Virus record (IMG/VR): IMGVR_UViG_3300032307_001129 | Span: 2,427 to 66,426 of that record | Origin: a virus | Length of the DNA: 64,000 nucleotides | Strand: one strand, 5' to 3' | The notes under the pieces: generated by a model | Databases searched by the model: none | What the model saw: the letters and a program-made list of their open reading frames with translations, nothing else | Told to the model about the DNA's origin: nothing | Shown: positions 1 through 9,872 of the stretch, one piece after another | Numbering within the stretch: the stretch's first letter is position 1 | Layout: every line of letters starts with the position of its first letter | Position numbers and translations under genes: made by a program

Positions 1-28
1 CATGTTTTTAAACTATTAAAAAGAGAAG

Positions 29-517
29 ATGAATAAAGATTTAAAAAACAGGGTTTTCAAAATACCTCAAGATATTTTAGTCAAAATAAAACAAACAATA
101 ACTTGGTTGAATGGTGAAAATATTAAAGGTATTCAAAGAGCTAAAAAACTTTTAGAAGATAAAACTGTAAAATATAATCAATTAAAAAGAATTATTCATG
201 ATATTCAGAACATGGATAAAATTAAGGATAAATTAAAATATGATCTTTGTGGTGGGGAGTTAATGGAAAAATGGGCATTAACGTTTTTAAATAACGAAAG
301 AGACTTGATTAAAAGTAATAAAAAATCGAGAAAAAAATCTGATGAGGCTTCAGGTTTAACTGGTCAAAGAAAAAATGGTTATTTGAATTCACACACCAAA
401 AGATTTAGTTTTAAAATCCCATTAAATTTAATGAAAAGTAATTCAAATAAAACAAGTGTTTCATCATTAAAACTATTTGAAGAACTTGAAAAAATAAAAA
501 AACTAATCACACATTAA
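29..517 (+). CDS. hypothetical basic protein with C-terminal LFEELEKIKKLI motif
   Basis: 162-aa ORF; C-terminal motif shared with many ORFs in the window. Confidence 0.6.
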   Translation: MNKDLKNRVFKIPQDILVKIKQTITWLNGENIKGIQRAKKLLEDKTVKYNQLKRIIHDIQNMDKIKDKLKYDLCGGELMEKWALTFLNNERDLIKSNKKSRKKSDEASGLTGQRKNGYLNSHTKRFSFKIPLNLMKSNSNKTSVSSLKLFEELEKIKKLITH

Positions 518-518
518 T

Positions 519-1472
519 ATGGCAACTCAATTAGAAATAATAGCAGAACAACAAAGACAACAACATTTATCAACAAATCAGTACAATTATAATCAATTGT
601 ATGATTCAAATAATTTAAATGCGTTATCTAGTAATGACGAAAAAGGTAAAGGAGAGTTGAATGGTAATATAGGTTCTAAAAAAGATATACTTGAAAGGAA
701 CTCATTATTATCTAAGAATTTATATAATAATAAGTTTTTATATGATTCTAACAATCCAAACGCAATTTCTGATGGAGATGAAAAGGGAAAAGGGGAAACA
801 ACAAAATCAATAGGTGGATTAACAGATATTAATGTTAGAAACATTCTATTAGGTAAAAACATATACACATCTAATAATGGTTATGGTACTAATAACCCAA
901 ACGCAATATCTGATGGTGATGATAAAGGAAAAGGTGAAAATAATAATGGTAGTATTGGTTCTAATAAAGATATACTTGAAAGAACAAAATTATTATCAAA
1001 AAATATATATAAATTTGATACTGTTTATAGTTCTAGACATCCTAATGCATTATCTAATGGTGATGAAAAAGGTAGGGGTGATGTTGATGGTTTTATTGGT
1101 ACAAAAACAGATATGAATGAAAGAATAAATTTATATTCTAAAAATATATACAAACCAAATTACCCTTATAACTCTAATAATCCCAACGCAATATCTAACG
1201 GTGATGAAAAAGGTAGAGGAGAACTTGATGGTTTTATTGGTACAAAAACAGATATGAACGAAAGAGTAAATTTATTTTCTAAAAATATATACAGACCAAA
1301 TTATCCATATAATTCTAGTAATCCAAACGCGATATCTAACGGTGATGAAAAAGGTAGAGGTGAACGTAATGGTATTGTTGGAACAAAGACAGATATTAAT
1401 GAAAGAACATTATTAATTGCACGAAATAAATATAACTCTACTGAAGATTATAAGAAAAAAACTATTTTTTAA
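519..1472 (+). CDS. repeat protein with six ~47-aa units
   Basis: Repeats NxY..YxSNNPNAISxGDEKG(K/R)GE..GxxxDxxER visible in the translation. Confidence 0.75.
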   Translation: MATQLEIIAEQQRQQHLSTNQYNYNQLYDSNNLNALSSNDEKGKGELNGNIGSKKDILERNSLLSKNLYNNKFLYDSNNPNAISDGDEKGKGETTKSIGGLTDINVRNILLGKNIYTSNNGYGTNNPNAISDGDDKGKGENNNGSIGSNKDILERTKLLSKNIYKFDTVYSSRHPNALSNGDEKGRGDVDGFIGTKTDMNERINLYSKNIYKPNYPYNSNNPNAISNGDEKGRGELDGFIGTKTDMNERVNLFSKNIYRPNYPYNSSNPNAISNGDEKGRGERNGIVGTKTDINERTLLIARNKYNSTEDYKKKTIF

Positions 1473-2353
1473 TGAATAATTTTAAAAAGATTTTATTAGA
1501 AATGTCGATTGGTTCAAAAAGAGAAAGAATTACTAATGCTATAAAAAATAGATTTTTAGTTTCTTTTTATTATAATGGACCAAAAGGTGAAGTATTACCT
1601 GGTAGAAGAATTAAAGCAGAGTTAGTTGCATTAGGATTAACAAAAAAAGGTAATTTAGTTGCTAGAGGTTGGGTTCAACCACCTTCTATTTCTAAAAGAG
1701 GTTATGAAAAACATGGATGGAGACTATTCATGTTAAATCGAATGTCTGGTATTCAAATATATGAAGATGAAACTTTCGATGTAAAAAGACCTGATTTAAA
1801 TGATAGTGGTGATAAGTCTTTAAGTGTTGTTTATGTTACAAGTGATTGGGGTACGTTACCTACAGTACCCAAAAAAGATGATGAAAAACCAGAATCAGCA
1901 ACGGAACCGGAATTACCTGAACCAAAACCATCAGTAGAACCTGATATTGAACCTTCAGTAGAACCTGACACAGAACCATCAACGGAGCCGGAATTACCTG
2001 AACCAAAACCAGAATCAAAACCTCCGATAACACCTGACCCAAAAATTGATTTTACATCTGAAATTTATGATGAATTAAAGAAAAAAGTTCAAGACGTTGA
2101 TGGTAAAAAAACAATATCACCAGATGACTTTAATGTTCTTATGAATAATTTACGTAAAAAAGAATTTAATGATTGGTCTAATAGAAAAAAAGAAATCGGA
2201 GATAATTCTAAACCAGGTGAAGGAACTCGTAGAAGAATTGAGAAAGAAACCGAAATAAAATTATTTAATTTAATGAAAAAAGATAATATTGTCATAGGGA
2301 CAATACCATTACAAGAATCAATAAAAAGAATTAAAGCTTTAATCTTTTTTTAA
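1472..2353 (+). CDS. WYL-like domain protein with Pro/Glu-rich linker
   Basis: AIKNRFLVSFYY...GRRIKAELVALG...GWRLFMLNRM resembles the WYL fold; TEPELPEPKP duplicated. Confidence 0.6.
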   Translation: MNNFKKILLEMSIGSKRERITNAIKNRFLVSFYYNGPKGEVLPGRRIKAELVALGLTKKGNLVARGWVQPPSISKRGYEKHGWRLFMLNRMSGIQIYEDETFDVKRPDLNDSGDKSLSVVYVTSDWGTLPTVPKKDDEKPESATEPELPEPKPSVEPDIEPSVEPDTEPSTEPELPEPKPESKPPITPDPKIDFTSEIYDELKKKVQDVDGKKTISPDDFNVLMNNLRKKEFNDWSNRKKEIGDNSKPGEGTRRRIEKETEIKLFNLMKKDNIVIGTIPLQESIKRIKALIFF

Positions 2354-2382
2354 AAATAATTATATTATAAAAAAAATAAACT

Positions 2383-2943
2383 ATGGTAAAAGGTACAATA
2401 AGTGAAAATGAATTAATGATGAAATTAGTTCAAGCAAAAAAAGTATTAAATAAAGTTGATGGAGGTAATTATGAGAGAGGACATATAAATGAAACAATTT
2501 TAAGGTCTAACCCTGAAGATATTGATCCTTCGTATTTAAGTAATAACGCAACAAGTGTTTCATCTAAAAAAGTTATGGAATCTAAACTCCCTGACGTTAT
2601 AAAAAAAGCGATGATTGATACACCTATACCACAAATAAATTTAAATGATTCATTAAGTTTAGATTTTGTTAAAAATACGAAAAAATTAATGGAAGCTGAG
2701 GGTTTTAGAGTTAATAATACAACAAATAAATCAATACAAAGTAATAATGACGGTTCATTAATGAAAGAATTAACACCCTTAATTGAGAATATCGTAAGAA
2801 AAACAGTTACAGAAATATTAGATTCTAAATTAAATCAAATTTTGACCGCACAACAAACACTTTCAATCAATGAAAATTTAGTGTTAAAAGTTGGTGATTC
2901 TATTTTTAAGGGTAAAATCACTGGTGTTAATAAATCTAAATAA
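2383..2943 (+). CDS. hypothetical protein
   Basis: 186-aa ORF with A-rich start context. Confidence 0.6.
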   Translation: MVKGTISENELMMKLVQAKKVLNKVDGGNYERGHINETILRSNPEDIDPSYLSNNATSVSSKKVMESKLPDVIKKAMIDTPIPQINLNDSLSLDFVKNTKKLMEAEGFRVNNTTNKSIQSNNDGSLMKELTPLIENIVRKTVTEILDSKLNQILTAQQTLSINENLVLKVGDSIFKGKITGVNKSK

Positions 2944-3000
2944 TTTTTCTATTTTTTTTTTAAATTCTTTTTTGTATTATTATTTTATAATGATTATTTA

Positions 3001-4221
3001 ATGTCAAAAATTAATATTTTAACAATTCCTCCTGACATACACGGTGTAGGTAAATATAGAATTTTAGATCCCTTTAAATTTATTGGTGATAACTATTCAG
3101 ACGAATTTCATGTTGATATATCCATGAACGTAGAAAATGACGATGAACTTTTTAAAAAATATGACGTTGTAGTATTTCATAGTTTTATTCATCAAATGAG
3201 TCATGAACTAAATTTAGAAAGAATTAAAAAGTTAAAATCACAAGGTATAAAAGTGGTTATGGATATTGATGATTATTGGTTAGTTGATTTTACTCATCCA
3301 ATGTATCATCAAATTAAACAACATGAAATACCTCGTAAAAAAGTTGAGTTAATGAAAGCTTCAGATTGGGTAACTTGTACAACTCAAACTTTTGCTGATT
3401 CGATTAGAACAAAATTAGGTATTAAAAATGTTTTAGTTTTTCCAAATGCGGTTGACCCAAATGAACCACAATTTAAATCAAATCCTGAAAAATCCGATAA
3501 AATAAGATTTGGATGGTTAGGTGGTTCAAGTCATTATCATGATGTTAAACTAATGTCTTCAGGTATTAGTTCAATTCTTGGACAATATTCAAACACACAA
3601 TTCGTTTTATGTGGATTCGATTTAAGAGGTACTGTAACTGAAAATAATCCACAGACTGGTGAACAAAAAAGTAGACCAATTCAACCAATGGAAACTGTTT
3701 GGTATAACTATGAAAAAATATTTACAGAAAATTATAAGTACATAGATGAAGATTATAAAAAATATTTACTATCTTTCACCCAGAAAGAATATGATACATC
3801 TGAAAAGAGATATCGTAGAGTTTGGACACAACCAGTAAATAAATACGCTATGAATTATAATTTATTTGACGTATCTTTCGCCCCTCTTATCGAAAGTGAC
3901 TTTAATGCTAATAAATCACAACTAAAAGTTATTGAAGCAGGTTTCCATAAGAAGGCATTAATTGCAAGCGAAACACTACCATATACTCATGATTTAATTA
4001 ATGTTTTTGATTATGGTGGTAAAATTAACGATAAAGGTAACGCTCTTTTAGTGTCACCTAAAAAAAACCATAAACAATGGGCACAACAAATGAAAAGACT
4101 TATAGATAACCCAAACATGATAGAAGATTTAGGTAATAAACTTTATGAAACAGTAAAGGATACTTATTCTCTTCAAAATGTTTCTAAAAATAGGACACAA
4201 TTTTTTAAATCAATAATCTAG
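3001..4221 (+). CDS. GT-B fold (GT4-like) glycosyltransferase
   Basis: YRILDP, MDIDDYW, FGWLGGSSHYHD, APL...FNANKSQLKVIEAG motifs. Confidence 0.85.
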   Translation: MSKINILTIPPDIHGVGKYRILDPFKFIGDNYSDEFHVDISMNVENDDELFKKYDVVVFHSFIHQMSHELNLERIKKLKSQGIKVVMDIDDYWLVDFTHPMYHQIKQHEIPRKKVELMKASDWVTCTTQTFADSIRTKLGIKNVLVFPNAVDPNEPQFKSNPEKSDKIRFGWLGGSSHYHDVKLMSSGISSILGQYSNTQFVLCGFDLRGTVTENNPQTGEQKSRPIQPMETVWYNYEKIFTENYKYIDEDYKKYLLSFTQKEYDTSEKRYRRVWTQPVNKYAMNYNLFDVSFAPLIESDFNANKSQLKVIEAGFHKKALIASETLPYTHDLINVFDYGGKINDKGNALLVSPKKNHKQWAQQMKRLIDNPNMIEDLGNKLYETVKDTYSLQNVSKNRTQFFKSII

Positions 4222-4226
4222 TAAAC

Positions 4227-4457
4227 ATGTATTATTTAGTAACTGTAGGTTATGAGTTAGAACAACTCGACCGAAATGGTAATCCAAGGCTTCAAAAAAT
4301 CAAGTATGTTGTTGAAGCACAATCTGTTGAAGAAGCAACTATTATAGTTGCAAAATATCGATCCGAAGATGTTCGTTCGAGTGAAAGTTTATCAATTGTA
4401 AAATTACAAATTGAATGTGTAATTGATAAACAAAATGCACCACAATATTTTAAATAA
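4227..4457 (+). CDS. DUF4494-like small protein
   Basis: KIKYVVEAQSVEEA resembles the Bacteroidota DUF4494 signature. Confidence 0.45.
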   Translation: MYYLVTVGYELEQLDRNGNPRLQKIKYVVEAQSVEEATIIVAKYRSEDVRSSESLSIVKLQIECVIDKQNAPQYFK

Positions 4458-4475
4458 TTAAAAAACCAAAAAAAA

Positions 4476-4709
4476 ATGGAATTTTTTAGTCGTGAACTTC
4501 AGATTTTAAGACAATCACAAAGTAAAATGGTGGTAGAGTATTTAAATTCTTTACAAGTAAAGGTTACTGTAGAGGAACTACAAAAAATTACCGATGTTTT
4601 TGTTGAATGTTGTATAAGACCACAAGATGATGAGTTGAAAGATAGAATTAAAAAATTAGATAAATGGATAGAAACTAAAAAAAATAAAATAGAAAAAATA
4701 GATGGATAA
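4476..4709 (+). CDS. hypothetical protein
   Basis: 77-aa ORF overlapping the dut start. Confidence 0.6.
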   Translation: MEFFSRELQILRQSQSKMVVEYLNSLQVKVTVEELQKITDVFVECCIRPQDDELKDRIKKLDKWIETKKNKIEKIDG

Positions 4710-5286
4710 AAATAATATCGATGATTACGTTAATAGACTACGTGAAATTGAAAATTCTTTAGAATCTGATGATGTTGATTTTTCACTTATAAGTGATTTA
4801 AACAAAGTATTATTAGCTATTGATAATGACATTCAAAATAACGCAATGAATATTAATACATCATTGAAAATTAGATTAAAAAAATTAAATCCAACTGCAG
4901 TAACCCCGTCTTATTCTAAAGACGGGGATGCTGGGATGGACTTAACGTCAACAACAATAATGTCTAACACTATAGACCAAGTCACATATGGTACGGGTAT
5001 CTCTTTAGAGATACCCAAAGACTATGTTGGTTTAGTTTTTCCTAGATCATCTATTCGGAAATATGATTTAGAATTAACTAATTCTGTTGGTGTTATTGAT
5101 AGTGGATACAGAGGAGAAATTCAATTAACTTTCAATAAAGTTAATAATAAAACAACAATTTATAATGTTGGTGATAGGGTAGGACAAATTATGATTATAC
5201 CATATCCAAAAATAAATTTTGTTGAATCTGATGAATTAACAATAACTGAAAGAGGCGAAGGTGGATTTGGTTCATCTGGTTCATAA
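4702..5286 (+). CDS. dut: trimeric dUTPase with N-terminal extension
   Basis: AGMDL, PRSS, GVIDSGYRGEI, GDRVGQ, RGEGGFGSSG motifs. Confidence 0.97.
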   Translation: MDKNNIDDYVNRLREIENSLESDDVDFSLISDLNKVLLAIDNDIQNNAMNINTSLKIRLKKLNPTAVTPSYSKDGDAGMDLTSTTIMSNTIDQVTYGTGISLEIPKDYVGLVFPRSSIRKYDLELTNSVGVIDSGYRGEIQLTFNKVNNKTTIYNVGDRVGQIMIIPYPKINFVESDELTITERGEGGFGSSGS

Positions 5287-5315
5287 TTAAATTAAATAAA
5301 ATAAAATAAAATAAA

Positions 5316-6029
5316 TTGAGAAAATCAAATTTAAATTCAGAAAATAATACTGAAAATAAAACACCTAAGAAAGAAAGAATTAGGCAAATAATAAAAGAAC
5401 CTAAAGAAAAATTTTTAACAACAAATCAAGAAGAATATTGGAAAATTTTAGGTGAAAATGAAATTACCTTATGTTTTGGACCTGCCGGTGTAGGTAAGTC
5501 ATATATTGCAATGAAAAAAGCAGTGACATTATTATGGGATGATAAAAATAAGTATGAAAAAATTATTATAGTAAGACCAGCAGTAGAAGCAGAAGAAAAG
5601 TTAGGGTCATTACCAGGTAATTTAGAAGAAAAACTTGACCCATATATTTATCCATCTTATTATTTATTGAATAAAATTATTGGTAAAGAATGTAGAGAAA
5701 AATTAAAACAAGAAGGTTTTATTGAAGTAGCCGCTTTAGCTTTCATGAGAGGATGGAATGTTGATAATACGATTCTTATATTTGAAGAAGCACAAAATAC
5801 AACACCTTCACAAATGAAACTTTTACTAACAAGAATAGGATATAATTCAAAGTTTTTTATTTCAGGTGATTTAGAACAATCAGACAAATTTAAAGATAAA
5901 ACAAAAACAGGATTATATGATGCTAAGGTGAGATTAGAAAATATAAAAAATGTTGGTTTTTTTGAATTTGATACAAAAGATATTGTTCGTAATCCTATAA
6001 TTGGCGAAATATTAAAAAGGTATGATTAA
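5316..6029 (+). CDS. phoH: PhoH-family ATPase
   Basis: GPAGVGKS, VRPAVE, LGSLPG, FMRG, EAQN, LLTRIG, GDLEQSD, VRNP. Confidence 0.95.
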   Translation: MRKSNLNSENNTENKTPKKERIRQIIKEPKEKFLTTNQEEYWKILGENEITLCFGPAGVGKSYIAMKKAVTLLWDDKNKYEKIIIVRPAVEAEEKLGSLPGNLEEKLDPYIYPSYYLLNKIIGKECREKLKQEGFIEVAALAFMRGWNVDNTILIFEEAQNTTPSQMKLLLTRIGYNSKFFISGDLEQSDKFKDKTKTGLYDAKVRLENIKNVGFFEFDTKDIVRNPIIGEILKRYD

Positions 6030-6066
6030 AACTTTATTTATTTAAATTTTTTTATTATATTTTATT

Positions 6067-6717
6067 ATGGAATTATTTATAAGTATCGATGGTGTTTTAA
6101 GGAACACTATCCAAAAATTTGATTATCACTACAAAGATTATTTTTTTAATACTGAGTCACCTTCAGAAGAAACTTTTGAATATGGTATAAATGAACCAAT
6201 ATATAATGATAATCTTTTTAATTCGTACAAATTTCAGTCATATGATGAATTTATAAAATTTACATATTTTGATTTTCCTATAGAAATTTATGGACACGCA
6301 GGTTTAAGTTACCATCAATCTTGTACAGAATTAAATTCTTTGATTTTTGAAAATCCACATATTAATGTAACATTAGTAGGTCATACCGAAAAAGGTAAAG
6401 GAAAACCAGCGACTCTTTTCTTCTTATCTAAGAACGGTGTTATGTGTGATTCTATTAGATTTGTTTCTTTAGATAAAATAAAGAAATTATGGAATGAATG
6501 TGATTTATGGATAACAGATAATAAAGAAATAATTAATTCTTGTCCTAAGAATAAAAAAGTAATTAAATTTAATACACCATATAATAATCACTTTACAAAT
6601 TCAACAGAAATTAATAAATTATCTCAAATAAATAAAGAATGCTTGAAATATTCGGAAAAAACTATTACATCGACATTGATGGGATTACTTCAAAATGTCA
6701 AATCCAAGATCCAATAA
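6067..6717 (+). CDS. HAD-like 5'(3')-nucleotidase homolog
   Basis: SIDGVL near N-terminus, WITD, KFNTPYN; first Asp of motif I absent. Confidence 0.5.
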   Translation: MELFISIDGVLRNTIQKFDYHYKDYFFNTESPSEETFEYGINEPIYNDNLFNSYKFQSYDEFIKFTYFDFPIEIYGHAGLSYHQSCTELNSLIFENPHINVTLVGHTEKGKGKPATLFFLSKNGVMCDSIRFVSLDKIKKLWNECDLWITDNKEIINSCPKNKKVIKFNTPYNNHFTNSTEINKLSQINKECLKYSEKTITSTLMGLLQNVKSKIQ

Positions 6718-6935
6718 AAAAAGAAAAAGAAGAAGGAGAAACTGAAACTTTCGAAATAAACATTTTTAAATACGAAACAATTAAAATGTGTTTAGAACGT
6801 ATTTTAAATGAATATATTGAAATGGACGAACAAATCGTCCCTTTCTCACAAAACGAAGTTTCAGTTTCTTTTAAAATTGCGTTTAACACACTAATAAAAA
6901 ATAAAATATTATTAGAAGAAGATGAATATGAATAA
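6639..6935 (+). CDS. hypothetical protein
   Basis: 98-aa ORF in the operon. Confidence 0.6.
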   Translation: MLEIFGKNYYIDIDGITSKCQIQDPIKKEKEEGETETFEINIFKYETIKMCLERILNEYIEMDEQIVPFSQNEVSVSFKIAFNTLIKNKILLEEDEYE

Positions 6936-7992
6936 AGAAAATATTGAAAAATTAGAAAATTCGTTACATAATTTAATCTCTAACGAACATGTTATTTATT
7001 TTTTAACTTATGATACTAAGAATAATCCTAGAGCATCAGTTAAATATATTTATGACGTTGCATTAACATTAAAGAACAATGGATATAATGTTAAAATATT
7101 AGTTGAAGATAAAACATATCAAGGAGTACAATCATGGTTAGGAAATGATTATGATTCATTAGATGTTTTAACGATTAAAGATGATAAAGTTGAAATAAAA
7201 ATAGAAGATATTGTTGTTGTTCCAGAATATTATTCTAACATATTAGAAAACCTTTCTAATATTAAATGTACTAAAATTATGTTAGTACAACAAAAAGAAT
7301 ATATTTACGAAACATTACCAATTGGTAGTAGATGGATTAATTTTGGTTTTGATAAAATAATCACTACAACAGAATCTACTAAAAAATATATAATGGAATA
7401 TTTTAAAGATGTTAATGTATTTATTATTCCACCAATAATCGGAGAAAACTTTAAACCAAATGAAAAAACACCTAATCCGACTATTTCTATTTCTTGTAGA
7501 GATAGATCAATCAATAAAAAAATTATATCAGAATTTTATTTAAAATACCCACAATTAAGATGGATAAATTTTAAAGATATGAATCAATTAACATATGAAG
7601 AATTTTCAGACGCGTTAAAAGATTCTTTTGTTTCTGTTTGGGTAGATGATGATTCAACTTTCGGTACGTTTCCATTGGAATCCATGAAATGTGGTGTACC
7701 TGTAATTGGTAAAATACCTAAAAACGAACCGGATTGGTTAGATGAAAACGGAATGTGGACATATGATGAAAATAAAATTACTGAAATTTTAGGTAAGTAT
7801 GTTATGGCTTGGATTGAAGGTGTTGAACTAACAGATGAAGTTAAACAAAAAATGAAGGATACATTGTTACCTTATGAAAAAGAAATAACTGAAAAGAATA
7901 TTACAGTTATTTTCGAATCTTTTAAAACAAATAGAATAACAGTCATAGAAAAGGCATTAGAAAAATTAAATAACGAAGAAATAAAAGTATGA
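6922..7992 (+). CDS. GT-B glycosyltransferase-like protein
   Basis: STFGTFPLESMKCGVPVIG (GT4-like motif). Confidence 0.75.
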   Translation: MNMNKENIEKLENSLHNLISNEHVIYFLTYDTKNNPRASVKYIYDVALTLKNNGYNVKILVEDKTYQGVQSWLGNDYDSLDVLTIKDDKVEIKIEDIVVVPEYYSNILENLSNIKCTKIMLVQQKEYIYETLPIGSRWINFGFDKIITTTESTKKYIMEYFKDVNVFIIPPIIGENFKPNEKTPNPTISISCRDRSINKKIISEFYLKYPQLRWINFKDMNQLTYEEFSDALKDSFVSVWVDDDSTFGTFPLESMKCGVPVIGKIPKNEPDWLDENGMWTYDENKITEILGKYVMAWIEGVELTDEVKQKMKDTLLPYEKEITEKNITVIFESFKTNRITVIEKALEKLNNEEIKV

Positions 7993-8771
7993 AAAATATA
8001 ACAATTATTTTACCAATACATGAATGGAATGATGATTATCAAATAATGTTTGAAAACGCGATTAAATCGGTTGAAGAATTTTATAATGATGTTAAATTAA
8101 TTATTGTTGGACCTAAAAATATAACATCAAATATTAATATTATATCAGATAAAATTGAATCTAAAATATTAATAAACAAAGGTGAAACTGATTTTTGTAG
8201 TCAAATAAATTTAGGAATAGATAATTGTGATACTGAATGGTTTTCAATACTTGAAATAGATGATGAATATAGACCATCATGGTTAAAGTTTATGAATACC
8301 TATACCAAGGAAAATCCAACGGTAGATGTTTTTCTACCTATTGTTAGAGATATTAATGTTGAAGGGACTTTTTTAAGTTTCACAAACGAAGCAACTTGGG
8401 CTTATGGTTTCTCAGAAAAACAAGGGTTTTTGGATAATGAAGCACTTTTAGACTATCAAAATTTTCAAATTAGTGGTGGTTTATATAGAACATCAGTTAT
8501 TAAAGAATACGGTAAATTAAAAGATAATATAAAATTAACTTTTGGATATGAGTTTTTATTAAGACTAACACATAATGGTATATCTATTATGACTATACCA
8601 AAAATAGGATATCAACATGTAAATTTTAGGGAAAATTCATTATTTTGGTCATATAAAAATGATGATAAATTAAAAATATCTGAAGAAGAAGTTAAATTTT
8701 GGTTAGATACGGCAAAAAAAGAATTCTTTTTTAAAAATAAACGAGATATATTGAATTATGTAAAAAATTAA
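7989..8771 (+). CDS. GT2-family glycosyltransferase
   Basis: ITIILPIH, INLGI, WFSILEIDDEY, YEFLLRL. Confidence 0.75.
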   Translation: MKNITIILPIHEWNDDYQIMFENAIKSVEEFYNDVKLIIVGPKNITSNINIISDKIESKILINKGETDFCSQINLGIDNCDTEWFSILEIDDEYRPSWLKFMNTYTKENPTVDVFLPIVRDINVEGTFLSFTNEATWAYGFSEKQGFLDNEALLDYQNFQISGGLYRTSVIKEYGKLKDNIKLTFGYEFLLRLTHNGISIMTIPKIGYQHVNFRENSLFWSYKNDDKLKISEEEVKFWLDTAKKEFFFKNKRDILNYVKN

Positions 8772-8773
8772 TA

Positions 8774-9472
8774 ATGCCCCGTAAGAGAACCCAAAAAGTG
8801 TATTTTGGGGAGGACCAAGAAAAAGCGGTGGTGAGATATTTAGAATCCGAATCCGAAATAGAAAAGAATAAGATATTCAATGAATATTTAAAAGAACCTC
8901 TCATTATAATGGTCGAATCTATTATTCGACGTTATAAATTATATCGAAAAGATTTAGATTTTTCAGATATACATAGTGATACTATGTCTTTTTTAATTAC
9001 AAAGATTAATAAATTCGACCACACAAAAAATCATAAAGCATATTCTTATTTTGGAACAATATGTAAAAATTATTTGATGGGTGCGATACAAAAAGATACA
9101 AAAGAAACAAATAGAAATGTTTCTTATGAAGATATTTCTTCTGATATAGAAGAAAATTTTAAATATTCTTACGTTATTGATGAAAATTTTATTGATTATG
9201 AAGACGTTGTAGTTAAAATCACCATAAAAATGGAAGAGTTTATGGAAAAAGAAGATTTAACAGAGAACGAAGAAAAATTAGGTTACGCTCTTTTAGAAAT
9301 TTTTTCAAATTTTGATAAAATATTTCAAGTAGGTGATGGAAATAAATTTAATAAAAATTTAATTTTACTTTCATTACGTGAAATGACATCATTATCTACA
9401 AAAGAGATAAGGATATGTATGAAAAAGTTTAAAAAACTTTATAAAGGAATTATTTTAAATTTCATAAATTAA
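8774..9472 (+). CDS. phage late-transcription sigma factor (gp55-like)
   Basis: KINKFDHTKNHKAYSYFGTICKNYL resembles the gp55 region-2 signature. Confidence 0.7.
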   Translation: MPRKRTQKVYFGEDQEKAVVRYLESESEIEKNKIFNEYLKEPLIIMVESIIRRYKLYRKDLDFSDIHSDTMSFLITKINKFDHTKNHKAYSYFGTICKNYLMGAIQKDTKETNRNVSYEDISSDIEENFKYSYVIDENFIDYEDVVVKITIKMEEFMEKEDLTENEEKLGYALLEIFSNFDKIFQVGDGNKFNKNLILLSLREMTSLSTKEIRICMKKFKKLYKGIILNFIN

Positions 9473-9494
9473 AATAATATATATTTATCATATT

Positions 9495-9872
9495 ATGAGA
9501 GAAAGAAAAAATTTAATATCACTAAATACAGATTCTGCATTAGCTTTAATGCAGGAAATTTACAATGATATTGTGGAACAAAAAAATACTGCGTCAATGA
9601 TAACAAAAAAAATGTTATCATTTATGAAAGATTCTGAAGATATGAGTGTTATTGGCCCAGTGATAAAAGAACAACAAAAAATTTTAAATGATTGTACTGA
9701 AAAGAAAATTTCACTAGTTAAACTTCAAAGTGCATTATTAAAACAAACTCAAGGATCTGGTTCAAATTCTAATATGGGTAAATTACAATTGACTGAAGAT
9801 GATAAACTTTTGTTAGAAAAGTTAATGTCTGAACCTGACAACGAATCAAACGATGGTGTTTATAAATTATAA
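9495..9872 (+). CDS. hypothetical helical protein
   Basis: 125-aa ORF preceded by ATATTTAT. Confidence 0.6.
   Translation: MRERKNLISLNTDSALALMQEIYNDIVEQKNTASMITKKMLSFMKDSEDMSVIGPVIKEQQKILNDCTEKKISLVKLQSALLKQTQGSGSNSNMGKLQLTEDDKLLLEKLMSEPDNESNDGVYKL

Noticed and set aside
6067-6110. Degenerate HAD motif (SIDGVL) as evidence of a pseudo-enzyme
   Set aside because: The family assignment is itself uncertain, so the missing Asp cannot be interpreted.
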